A stretch of DNA of 63,389 nucleotides, taken from positions 1 to 63,389 of the forward strand of contig JBCDBH010000001.1 in the NCBI GenBank assembly GCA_039184055.1, read 5' to 3'. Position numbers and translations under genes: made by a program. This document shows positions 17,948 through 26,776 of this stretch, piece by piece (the first letter of the stretch is position 1; every line of letters starts with the position of its first letter). Under the pieces are notes generated by a model. The model was not told the origin of the DNA and searched no databases. It worked only from the letters and a program-made list of their open reading frames with translations. Source of the stretch: Acidobacteriota bacterium. GTDB lineage: Bacteria > Acidobacteriota > Thermoanaerobaculia > Multivoradales > J023.

Positions 17948-18125
17948 TCGCGCCCAATCAGCAAACGTTGTGATTCAACGTGGGTTTCCAGTTACGTTCC
18001 GGTAGCGAACACCGCAGGCTGCCTCGGAAACACTGACGCGAATGATGTCCAGGCTCCCGCCACGGATGCCGTAGCAAACATCAAACATTGCCCTTTGGAG
18101 CACCCTGCGGATGACGTCCAGGCTC

Positions 18126-18170
18126 CTCCCGTGGGGAGCCGCTGCTAGAGAGCGTAGGCCCCCACGGGAG
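18126..18170. terminator. 11-bp perfect-stem hairpin in convergent intergenic region
   Basis: ctcccgtgggg (18126-18136) pairs perfectly with ccccacgggag (18160-18170) around a 23-nt loop. There is no clear U-run, so terminator function is uncertain. Confidence 0.35.
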
Positions 18171-18340
18171 AAGCCGTGTGCACGCGCCAGCCAGCCAGCC
18201 AAACCAACCAAACAAAACACAGGCTCCCCACCCTCACACCCGAGCCCAAGGCCCCCGTGACATCGGCATGATCTTCATCCGATCGACCCGGGATGATGAG
18301 AGTGGGGAGCCGTAACAACCGCCTAGCGACCTCTACCGTT

Positions 18341-19708
18341 TTATCCAGTCACCGCCGAAGACCAAGCCGAGAGATCGCCACTCTCATAGTCATCCTCGAA
18401 GAGAATCTGCCCCGCCGAATAATCCGGCGGCAAATCCGTCCCACTCACCACTCCGAGCGGCGCATACCCCTGATAGCCCGGGAACACCACACCGAGACGC
18501 GGGTTGCCCATCCGGCGAATCAAGATCTCCGCGAGGATCTGACGAAAATCAGTGGTCACCGCGAGATCGGCGCCATCGTAGAGTTGACCATTGTCGAGCC
18601 CCGGCCACGTGCCGTGAACGCCACCCGTGGCGTTGCCCGACATCACCATCATCAAATTGCCGTGCCCGTGATCGCTGCCGTTATCGGCATTTTGCGTCAA
18701 ACGACGACCGAACTCACTCTTCACCACCGTGGTCATCTTCGACGTGTAATTGTTCGCGCCCGAGCCGTCGAGGTCGAGATAGAACGCCTCCATCCCCGCC
18801 GCCAGCTCACCGAGCAGACCGGCGAAATAACCGCCCCCGTCGTTGCCTTGACCGTTGTGCGTATCCCAGCCACCGAGGTCGATCGTGGCGACCCGTAACC
18901 CGAGCCCGAGCTTGACCATTTGCGCGACGGTGCGCAGATGCTCACCAAACGACGAGCTCGGATACACCGCGCCATTCGACGGTGTATAGCCGCCCGCCAC
19001 GTTCAGCTCGATGATGTCGGCGGCGTCGAGCGCCTGGACACCGCTGACGTGCAGCCACGTGCTGTCGCCTTCGTAGAGATGACGCAGGGCCAGCCGTTGC
19101 GCGTCGCGCCACATATACGGACCGGTCTCGAGATTGAATTGACCGACGTCTTCCATGTTGACGGCGTCGTAATCGCCGAGCAGCGACGTCGGCTGCAGAT
19201 TGCCCACCGCCAACGACGGCATGACGATGTCCGGCGGCAGGTTGTTGGCGCTCTGCACGTGACGGGTGAGCCAGCCCGTGGTCGAGCTGACCGTGCCCGG
19301 CGTGCCGAGCTCGATTTGCTCCATGGCGTCGAAATGGCTCCGACCGACATCGTCGTGGCCGACCGCGTGGATGAGTGACAATTTATTGTCTTGGTAGAGG
19401 TTCACTAGCGGCGACATCGCCGGGTGAAAGCCGAATTGCGCATTGATCGGCAAAGCGGCGTTCGGGCCGGTGAGCGGTACCGCGATGTTCGGGCGAGCCG
19501 TCTCGTAGAAGCCGCGATCACTGCCGTCGATCGGCAAGACGACGTTGAGACCGTCCATGCCGCCCCGCAGGAAGATGATCACCAAGAGCTCGTCGTTGTT
19601 ACCGCCGTTCGTATCGGCGAAGGCCAGATTGGAAAAGCGTGCCCCAGCCAGGCCAGCAATGGCGGTCGAGCAACCCATCAAGAATCCGCGTCGGGTGGTT
19701 TTGCACAT
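18341..19708 (-). CDS. DUF1501 family protein (TAT-exported, sulfatase/alkaline-phosphatase-like fold)
   Basis: ATG 19708 is preceded by GAGGAG. Twin-arginine signal MCKTTRRGFLMGCSTAIAGLAGA. Family block SEFGRRLTQNADNGSDHGHGN. It is paired with DUF1800 upstream, which is the usual arrangement. Confidence 0.85.
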   Translation of the reverse strand: MCKTTRRGFLMGCSTAIAGLAGARFSNLAFADTNGGNNDELLVIIFLRGGMDGLNVVLPIDGSDRGFYETARPNIAVPLTGPNAALPINAQFGFHPAMSPLVNLYQDNKLSLIHAVGHDDVGRSHFDAMEQIELGTPGTVSSTTGWLTRHVQSANNLPPDIVMPSLAVGNLQPTSLLGDYDAVNMEDVGQFNLETGPYMWRDAQRLALRHLYEGDSTWLHVSGVQALDAADIIELNVAGGYTPSNGAVYPSSSFGEHLRTVAQMVKLGLGLRVATIDLGGWDTHNGQGNDGGGYFAGLLGELAAGMEAFYLDLDGSGANNYTSKMTTVVKSEFGRRLTQNADNGSDHGHGNLMMVMSGNATGGVHGTWPGLDNGQLYDGADLAVTTDFRQILAEILIRRMGNPRLGVVFPGYQGYAPLGVVSGTDLPPDYSAGQILFEDDYESGDLSAWSSAVTG

Positions 19709-19719
19709 GTCGAATCTCC

Positions 19720-21435
19720 TCAACGCCACAGGAAAGATGGGCTCATGAACATCAGGCCGATCAGCGAGCGCAGACGCTCTTGGATGTCGTCGTCGGTGTC
19801 GAGCGGCAGATCGAAGGTCGGGTTGTAACCCTGGGCCATGAAGTCGATCAGCTCGGCGCGTTCACCCGCCGGCAGGGTGCGGCTATGGATGCGGTCGATC
19901 CAGAAGTCGACCAGCTCGGTGGCCGAACGCACGCCGGCCGGGGTCTGAGCGAGCACGTCGAGGTAGAAGTTGTCGCTGTCGTCGGTGACGTCGACCAGCC
20001 AATTCACCATGCGCCAGCTCATCACCCGTGGTGAGGCGCTGGTCCAGGCGTCGCGATGATCGGGAAAGCCATTCGGCGCGCGCCAGGTGAAAGGCTCTTG
20101 CCCGGTCTGCGAGAAACGCCACGAGAACGAGTCGTAGTCGCTGTCGCCGAGCACGAAGGGAAAGTCGGCCTGGCCGGCTCGTAGGGCACTGGCGACGATG
20201 TCGAAGGGGCGTTTGATCTTGTCGGCCCAGGTGCTCTGGAATTCGGTCGAGAGCAGGATGGTCCGCACCGTTTGGGCGATCTGATCCGGCGCGGCGACGG
20301 CTCCGGCGAAGACCGTGGCGGCTTGATCGATGATGGACTGCGGCGGATCATCGCCGAGCAGACGACGACAGAGCTTGCCGGCGATATGACGCGCCGTGCC
20401 CGGGTGGTTGGCGAGCCGGTCGAGCACGTCGCGACCGTCTTTGAGCGGTGGTTGATCCGACGGAATGAACTCGCCGAGCACGTATTTCTGGAAGCGATCG
20501 TGCCAGTCGGCGCGGTAGTGGAATTCACCAGTATTGCCGACGTCCGGATTGTTCGAATCGTTGGAGATCGTCCAACCGGTAAAGGCACGGGTGGCCTCGA
20601 ACACATCACCGTCGACATAGCCCACCGGAATGCCGTTGCCGTCCAGCGGGACGTCTTGTTGCGACATCACACCGAGGTAGTTCTCGGCGCCCATGGCGTG
20701 GAGCTCGAAGAGCTCACGGGCGAAGTTCTCGTTCGGGCCGGCGTCCGAGCTGGTGTAGTTGTCGAGGTAGTAGAGCATCGCGTTCGAGGTCGCGACCGCT
20801 TCGAGAAAGGTGCGGAAATTGCCCAGGGCATGCGCGCGGATGATGTCGCGGTCGTAGTGCACGAACACCGGGCCGATCCAATAGTCGGGTCCAAAGACGC
20901 TGAAGTGATCGTGCCAGAACGACGCCAACACCTCGAGCAACTGGCGCTCGCTGTACACCGCGCGAATCCAGGTAGCGGCGCGGGTTTCCCAGAGCGGCTG
21001 CATGCGCACTTCCCACGGTGGATTGGCCACCACGTGGTCGGCCCAAAGCTCGGTCAGGCTCTTACCGAGCGTGGTGAAACCAGCCGCGCTCAGCCGATTG
21101 TCGACGTCGACGTCGGGAATCGACCCCGGGGCGAGCTGTTGATCGACCCAGGCGGTCAATCGACCGGTGTCGTCGCTACCGAGAGCCTGAAACGCGGCAA
21201 CGTCACCGGGTCGCGGGCCAAAGGCACAGCGGTTGTGCACGATCACCCCGAGATCGGGAGGCGCGGGGAGCGCGGCGGTGAGAGTGCGGGGGCGGTCGGT
21301 GGACCGCATCGACACGCTTGGGCGTTGGGCGGTGGCGGCGGTGGGGAGGGTAGCGAGCGCCGTGGCGGCTACCGCCGTGGCGGCGCCTCCACGGACGAGC
21401 TCGCGACGGCTCGGCACGGGTCTGGGCTCGGACAT
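19720..21435 (-). CDS. DUF1800 family protein
   Basis: Family signature MLYYLDNYTSSDAGPNENFARELFELHAMG. TAT-like N-terminus PSRRELVRGGAATAVAATALA. The stop is 11 nt before the DUF1501 start. Confidence 0.85.
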   Translation of the reverse strand: MSEPRPVPSRRELVRGGAATAVAATALATLPTAATAQRPSVSMRSTDRPRTLTAALPAPPDLGVIVHNRCAFGPRPGDVAAFQALGSDDTGRLTAWVDQQLAPGSIPDVDVDNRLSAAGFTTLGKSLTELWADHVVANPPWEVRMQPLWETRAATWIRAVYSERQLLEVLASFWHDHFSVFGPDYWIGPVFVHYDRDIIRAHALGNFRTFLEAVATSNAMLYYLDNYTSSDAGPNENFARELFELHAMGAENYLGVMSQQDVPLDGNGIPVGYVDGDVFEATRAFTGWTISNDSNNPDVGNTGEFHYRADWHDRFQKYVLGEFIPSDQPPLKDGRDVLDRLANHPGTARHIAGKLCRRLLGDDPPQSIIDQAATVFAGAVAAPDQIAQTVRTILLSTEFQSTWADKIKRPFDIVASALRAGQADFPFVLGDSDYDSFSWRFSQTGQEPFTWRAPNGFPDHRDAWTSASPRVMSWRMVNWLVDVTDDSDNFYLDVLAQTPAGVRSATELVDFWIDRIHSRTLPAGERAELIDFMAQGYNPTFDLPLDTDDDIQERLRSLIGLMFMSPSFLWR

Positions 21436-21650
21436 ACGACGATCTCCCTGAGCGTTGTTCGGCAGCGGTCGACAAAAGAGCCGGTCGTCCGTCGGGAACG
21501 ACGCGGCGGATCGGTCGTGGGTCGACGGCTTCCAGGGGGAACCCGCGAGATGGTCGACCCTTGTGCCGGATGGTCCTTCGGTTTTGGGGATGACCGAGAG
21601 ACCTTTATCCGGCTCGACTTTCCGTGACTCCTTCGATGTCGTCCATCATT

Positions 21651-21688
21651 CTAATTGCTTATCGTGCATATGCAAGACTGGCAATTAG
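21651..21688. promoter_or_regulatory. 38-bp AT-rich composite palindrome (nested inverted repeats)
   Basis: CTAATTGC-ttatcg-TGCATATGCA-agactg-GCAATTAG: 8-bp outer arms and a perfect 10-bp central palindrome with symmetric 6-nt spacers. It lies 70 nt downstream of the stop of the 1371-aa gene and ~215 nt upstream of the DUF1800 start. Confidence 0.6.
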
Positions 21689-21758
21689 TGTCGGTTCGAG
21701 CGACGCTCAGCGGCACCGTGTAGGTTGTCGAGAGGGCAATTGCGCCGGTGCGGGATCG

Positions 21759-24700
21759 TCAGCGCAGGGCTTGCAAGCGACTCTGGGCCAGGGCCCAGGT
21801 CGAAAGACGTGGCTCGGGCGGTTCGGGGATCCGCTGGTAGTACTCGCGTGCTTCGGCGGGGAGATCGAAGAGCTCGGCGAGACGACCGAATACGATCCAA
21901 TCGCCGGCGGTGAGGTCGGCGAGCTCGATCGCCTGGCGGATGGTTCGATGGGCCGCGTAGGCCTGGCCGTCGAGGGCGTAGGCGGTCGCCAGGGTGTGGA
22001 GGATGGTGGGGATACGGTAGTCGGTGAGCTCGGCGCCGCGTTCGGCGACCACGATCGCGGTGCTGGCCATCGCGTTGTCGTAGAGCAGCGTCCAAGCCTG
22101 TTCGTTGAGCACCGTGGCGAGCCACGCGACGGCGGCTTCATCACCCAACCAGGCCGGGGTGGTGAGCTCGGTGACCCGTGATCGCACGCGTGCCGTGTCT
22201 TTTTGGTGCACCGCGCGGACGAGATCGACGAGACTGGTGGCGAAGTCGTCGCTGCGCGACATCTCGCGGTGCAGGATCGTCAACGCGTCGCTTTGATCCG
22301 TGGCGGCCAGGGCGCGCGCCAGCCGGTAGGTGGCGATTCGCGAGTTCGGTTCGGCGACCCGGAGTCGTTCGGCGAGCGGCATGATTTCGTCGTGGTCGAG
22401 GGTCCACGAATAGAAGTCGAAGAGGGCGACCGCCACCCACTGGCGAATCTGTTCATCGACGGACGCGTCGTCGAGCACCCGGCGAAGAACAGGCAGCGCG
22501 TCGTCGCTGGTGGGCAGATCGCCGAGCATCAGGATGGAGGCGGCGATCCGCATACGCTCGTCGGTCGCTTCGGAGGTATGGCGCCACACCTCGACGAAGG
22601 GCTCGCGCGCCAGCGGATCGCCGGGATGGCTGGTTGCGGGAAAGAGATCCCGCGCCCAGTCGAGCCACTGTCGGGCGCCGTCGACGTCGCCCGATTCCAA
22701 GCGATCGAGCGCTTCGCGACCGAGCAGCCACGGGGCGTCGTCGAAGGCGGTGATCACCCAGCGACCTTCATGACGACTGACGAAAAATGCCGGTGAGGCC
22801 TCGCTGAAACCGGGAACATCGACGGTAAATCGCAGCCGATGACCGTGGGCGTCATTGCCGTCGTCGATCCAGCGCACGGTGCTCAATAAAAGACGAAGCA
22901 TCTCGGGCGATTGGCCGCCGAGAAAATCTGGATCCTCGGCTCGGCTGCGCAACGCGTCATCGACGATACGCGGGTGAAAGAGCTGCTCGAGGCTCTCGTC
23001 GGTCATCGGATCGAAACCACCGATTTGCAGGAAGAAGCGTTCGAGCGGTGCGCTCGGTCGATCGGTGAGCTGGGCGCGGAGCTCGTCGACCGTGCGTACG
23101 GTGTCGTAGAGCTCGGCGACGCGTCCGGCGGCGGATGCATCACGATCCGTCGCGAACGTTCGGAAGAGATCCGCCGTGGCGTTGAAACGACCCGCTTCGG
23201 TGAGCCGTTGCACCACGTTCGAGAGCACTGCGCGGAATCGTTCGGCGTTGTTTCCGCGGAGTCGCGCCGTGGCTTCTTCGGTACGGCCGGCGGCGGCCAG
23301 GGCCAGCGTTTCCCATAGATCGGCGTTGTCGATCGCGGGTGTACGACGCGCCAAGTCGGTGAGCTCGTCGAGCCGGTCACGGTCGTAGAGGCCGAGCGCC
23401 TGGTTATAGCGTGGCACCAGGTCCGGGTCGAGCACGTCGAGCCGGTCATAGATGTCGAGCGCTTCGTCGATCTCGGCGCCAGGGCCGTGGAGCACGCCGG
23501 CGTCGTTGCGTTCGAGCACGAAGGCGAGATTGAGCAGGCTGAGCCGGTGCTCGTCGTCGAGCTCGAGGGCGCGTCGATAGGCGGTGATCGCGCCGGCGCG
23601 GTCGAAGCCGTCGCCAAACCGACGACCAGCTGCGTCGGTGGTCGACACCCAGCCACGGGTCCAATGGACGAGTGGCTCGTCGGGAAAGACCTCGACGAGG
23701 CGCTTCGCCTCCTTGTGCGCGGCGAGACCCATGCCCGCGTCGAGCCAGGCGTGCGTCAAGCGAATCCCGTGAATCGCTTCATCTGGATGTTGCTCGACGA
23801 GTCGGCGATAGAGCGCGAGCGCCTCGACGGTGGCGCGGCTGTCGAGCAAGGCTCTGGCGTCGTGGTCGAAGTGGAGCACGATCGCGTCGCGTTCACGGAG
23901 CTCGCGCAAAGCGGTACGGGTGGCGACAAAGGTCTCGGGATCGAGCCGGTGGACACCGGTGTCGAAGCTCAGCTCGGCGGTCACCACGCCGTCGTCACGC
24001 TCGCTCCATGTTTGATGCAGCGTGGTGGCTCCCAGGCTCTCGACACCGCTCGCCGGCAGCTCGCGTACCGACATGCCGACTGGGGGCACGATTTCGTACC
24101 GCCACGACGTGATCCGTGGAAACGGATTGTGAAAGTCGGCGATCCTTGGCGAGTCGTCGTCGGCCAGCAGCGGCTCGGGAACGTCGATCAGGGAGTCGAG
24201 CCGAATCGCCACCGTGGCTCGTTCGAGCTCGGTGCTGGCGCGCTCGCTGTCGCCGACTTCGAGCTCGATACCGAAGGGCCGAGACACGTCATCGGCGGCG
24301 AGCAGACGATGGGTAATGAGCTCGCCGAGGTATTCACCGCTGGCGTAGGTCGAGAGATTCTCCGTCACCTCGCCCGGGCCAGCGCCTCGGAACGACTCAC
24401 GCATCGCCAGCTCGATGACGCCCGTGTAGTGGCTCGTCTCGACGATGGTGGCCAGCCCCCAATCGGCCAATTCGATTCGCCGCCGCTCTTCGGTGCGATT
24501 GTCTTGGGAGTCGCTTCGTGGGGTGCGAATCAACTTTGTCGTCTGGGGTGCGGCGACGAGGGCGAAACGCCCCTGGTCGGCCGCTGGCAGCACACCGACC
24601 TGGGCGGTGGGCACGGTTGGATCGATCCACAGCGGTCGCGCATCGCCAGTGCCCGGAACATAGACGATGGCGTGATTGAAAGTCCCGAGACCCGGGAGCT

Positions 24701-25874
24701 GAGGTTCGACATCGCGCCCGAGACTGGCGCGGAGCAGGGCGACGTGGGCGTCGATCCCGAGGTCACGCAACCAGGCGACGAGCAGGGTCGATTTGTCTTT
24801 GCAGTCGCCATAGCCACGGCGCAGCACTTCCTCGGGAGACGCCGGCACCAGGCTGGCTTCACCGAGCTCGAGCCCGGTGTAGCGGACCTCGTCGTGCAGT
24901 ATGGCGAGCAGCTCGGCGATTCGGGTCGTGCGGTCGGTCGACGTGGTGGCGGGGGCGCGGGAACGCTCGACGCCCGCGTCGGTGATCCGTCGGTCGACGA
25001 TCGCGGCGTAGGCGCGCGCGACGCTCTGCCAGTCCGCACCGATCGACCAGTTGACCGCCGGCCAGCGGGCCTCGGTCGGTGGCAAAAAAGACTCGGGAGG
25101 CGTGGTGACGGGGACGTCGGCGAGATCGAAAACGAGCCGGATGCGATCTCCCTGAACGGTACGAATCGGTTCGAGACCGGCGGCTTTACGAACGCCGAAG
25201 CGCAGGGGCAGACGGGTCGAGCCATCGATCATCAAACGGCCGGCGCGGGGGCGCGGGCCTCTGCCGACGAGGTACTCCATCCCGGTGGTGCCAGCGGCGA
25301 AAAAGGGCTCGAGGTCGCGCACCTCGGACCACGTCTCGACCACCGCGCCGACGCGGAGACCGGGGAGCGGAGCGCGGAGAACGCGGGCGTCGCTGAAGAT
25401 GTCGGGGCTGTGCTCGACGGCGGGGGCTTCGGAAAGCGTGCTCGGATCGAGCTCACGGACCGTCGCGTCGGGGGTGATCACCCGGGCGCGCAGCGTCGGG
25501 CGCGCTTGATGCCAGGGCGCGTAGAGCGCGTGAACGGTCGACCAGTGCTCGAGACCGGCTCGACTGTCGAGACGGTAGATCACCCGTTTGCGGTAGGTCT
25601 GACGGCCTTCGGGATCGAAATGGATCGTCGCCTCTTGCCAGAGGACCGTGGCGCCGTAGGGGTTGTCGATGGCGGGAAGCACCGCCGCGGCGCGTTCGAG
25701 CACCGTCTGGGCGCTGGCGCCGAACGTGGCTTCATCGGCCCATGGGCTGTCTGACAGGGGGATGGTCGTCGCGGCCGATAGAGGAGCCGTCGACATCGTG
25801 ACGAGCCAACACGAGATCCCCAAGAAGAGCCAGGCGACTCGTGACAAAGAGGAGCGGAATGGGAGATCGAGCAT
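21759..25874 (-). CDS. Very large secreted DUF3857-like + transglutaminase-like + TPR-rich protein (1371 aa)
   Basis: N-terminal signal or TM (VAWLFLGISCWLVTMSTAPLSA). Transglutaminase core GYGDCKDKSTLLVAWLRDLGIDAHVALL...FNHAIVYV. The C-terminal ~800 aa are helical and TPR-like. Confidence 0.8.
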   Translation of the reverse strand: MLDLPFRSSLSRVAWLFLGISCWLVTMSTAPLSAATTIPLSDSPWADEATFGASAQTVLERAAAVLPAIDNPYGATVLWQEATIHFDPEGRQTYRKRVIYRLDSRAGLEHWSTVHALYAPWHQARPTLRARVITPDATVRELDPSTLSEAPAVEHSPDIFSDARVLRAPLPGLRVGAVVETWSEVRDLEPFFAAGTTGMEYLVGRGPRPRAGRLMIDGSTRLPLRFGVRKAAGLEPIRTVQGDRIRLVFDLADVPVTTPPESFLPPTEARWPAVNWSIGADWQSVARAYAAIVDRRITDAGVERSRAPATTSTDRTTRIAELLAILHDEVRYTGLELGEASLVPASPEEVLRRGYGDCKDKSTLLVAWLRDLGIDAHVALLRASLGRDVEPQLPGLGTFNHAIVYVPGTGDARPLWIDPTVPTAQVGVLPAADQGRFALVAAPQTTKLIRTPRSDSQDNRTEERRRIELADWGLATIVETSHYTGVIELAMRESFRGAGPGEVTENLSTYASGEYLGELITHRLLAADDVSRPFGIELEVGDSERASTELERATVAIRLDSLIDVPEPLLADDDSPRIADFHNPFPRITSWRYEIVPPVGMSVRELPASGVESLGATTLHQTWSERDDGVVTAELSFDTGVHRLDPETFVATRTALRELRERDAIVLHFDHDARALLDSRATVEALALYRRLVEQHPDEAIHGIRLTHAWLDAGMGLAAHKEAKRLVEVFPDEPLVHWTRGWVSTTDAAGRRFGDGFDRAGAITAYRRALELDDEHRLSLLNLAFVLERNDAGVLHGPGAEIDEALDIYDRLDVLDPDLVPRYNQALGLYDRDRLDELTDLARRTPAIDNADLWETLALAAAGRTEEATARLRGNNAERFRAVLSNVVQRLTEAGRFNATADLFRTFATDRDASAAGRVAELYDTVRTVDELRAQLTDRPSAPLERFFLQIGGFDPMTDESLEQLFHPRIVDDALRSRAEDPDFLGGQSPEMLRLLLSTVRWIDDGNDAHGHRLRFTVDVPGFSEASPAFFVSRHEGRWVITAFDDAPWLLGREALDRLESGDVDGARQWLDWARDLFPATSHPGDPLAREPFVEVWRHTSEATDERMRIAASILMLGDLPTSDDALPVLRRVLDDASVDEQIRQWVAVALFDFYSWTLDHDEIMPLAERLRVAEPNSRIATYRLARALAATDQSDALTILHREMSRSDDFATSLVDLVRAVHQKDTARVRSRVTELTTPAWLGDEAAVAWLATVLNEQAWTLLYDNAMASTAIVVAERGAELTDYRIPTILHTLATAYALDGQAYAAHRTIRQAIELADLTAGDWIVFGRLAELFDLPAEAREYYQRIPEPPEPRLSTWALAQSRLQALR

Positions 25875-25942
25875 CGCTGAATCCTCATGAGAAGAACAGC
25901 GACGACGGTATCATCGGGTGACTCCCTGGGCTTGCTCGCTTC

Positions 25943-26776
25943 GTGACCTTGGAAGACAATGCAAGCATGACCACGAATCCATTCGAGCAACTCTTCGCGG
26001 GTGATCTCTTCGTGCGTCGGCGCCGGGTCGCCGATGCCAAGGGAACGCTCCTTTTTATTCATGGGCTGGGCGAATCCGGGCTCGGCTTCGAATCCTTGTT
26101 CAGCATGCCGAGTCTGGCCGATTGGTCGTTGTTGGTGCCCGATCTGGCCGGCTACGGCAAGAGCCCGTGGCCCGATGCGCCGATCGGGCTCGACGGGCAC
26201 GCTGATCTTCTGGCGCGCTGGTCAGCTACCCAGACCGACGGGCCGGTGGTGATCGTGGGGCATTCGATGGGTGGCGCCATCGGTACCGCGTTTGCCGAGC
26301 GTGCGCCCGAGAGAACGCGTGCCTTCTTCAATATCGAGGGCAATGTCACCGTCGACGATTGCACTTTTAGTGGGCCGATGGCCGCTCAGGAGCTCGCGGA
26401 TTTCGTCGCGTCGGGCTTCGAAGGGATGCGTCGGGAGGTCTACGCCGCCGGGGTCGACGACCTGCCCCTGCGGACCTATTTCGCCAGTCTCCAGCTCTGT
26501 GATCCTCGTACCTTTCATCGCGATGCCCGTGAGCTCGTGGCGGTGTCGGAGCAGGAGAACTTGGCTCTGCGACTGGCCGCCCTCGGGATCCCCGCGATCT
26601 ACCTCTACGGGTCGCCACGAGGCACCGCCGCGCGTTCGCGTGGTCACTTGGCCGACGCCGAGATCGAGATCGTGGCGATCGACGAGGCGGGTCATTGGCC
26701 GTGGATCGATCAGCCCGAGGCGTTCGAGCAGGCGCTCGCCGCGTTTTTAGGGTCGCTCGACGAGGCCAGCGCATGA
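25943..26776 (+). CDS. Alpha/beta-fold hydrolase
   Basis: HGLGESG oxyanion region and nucleophile elbow GHSMGG. C-terminal EAGHWPWIDQPEAF contains the catalytic His context. Confidence 0.8.
   Translation: MTLEDNASMTTNPFEQLFAGDLFVRRRRVADAKGTLLFIHGLGESGLGFESLFSMPSLADWSLLVPDLAGYGKSPWPDAPIGLDGHADLLARWSATQTDGPVVIVGHSMGGAIGTAFAERAPERTRAFFNIEGNVTVDDCTFSGPMAAQELADFVASGFEGMRREVYAAGVDDLPLRTYFASLQLCDPRTFHRDARELVAVSEQENLALRLAALGIPAIYLYGSPRGTAARSRGHLADAEIEIVAIDEAGHWPWIDQPEAFEQALAAFLGSLDEASA

Noticed and set aside
17975-18220. An 81-aa minus-strand ORF in the large intergenic region.
   Set aside because: Its sequence contains internal repeats (GRSLDVIRRVLQ / GGSLDIIRVSVS) that simply reflect the duplicated DNA motif. 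It has no RBS or start context, and the region is better explained as structured non-coding DNA.
14301-18340. tRNA-Ala-associated genomic island.
   Set aside because: There is no integrase, excisionase or phage/ICE gene, and by eye I found no direct repeat of the tRNA 3' end. It is kept only as a low-interest flag.
21455-21688. A 77-aa plus-strand ORF within the DUF1800 leader region.
   Set aside because: It has no RBS or family signal and runs across the palindromic and stem-loop elements. The region is more parsimoniously a non-coding leader or terminator.
23487-25754. A 755-aa plus-strand ORF.
   Set aside because: It is antisense to the 1371-aa transglutaminase/TPR gene, which has a signal peptide and a clear transglutaminase core. 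Its composition (Gly/Arg/Asp/Val/Glu runs) is shadow-like, with no domain signature.
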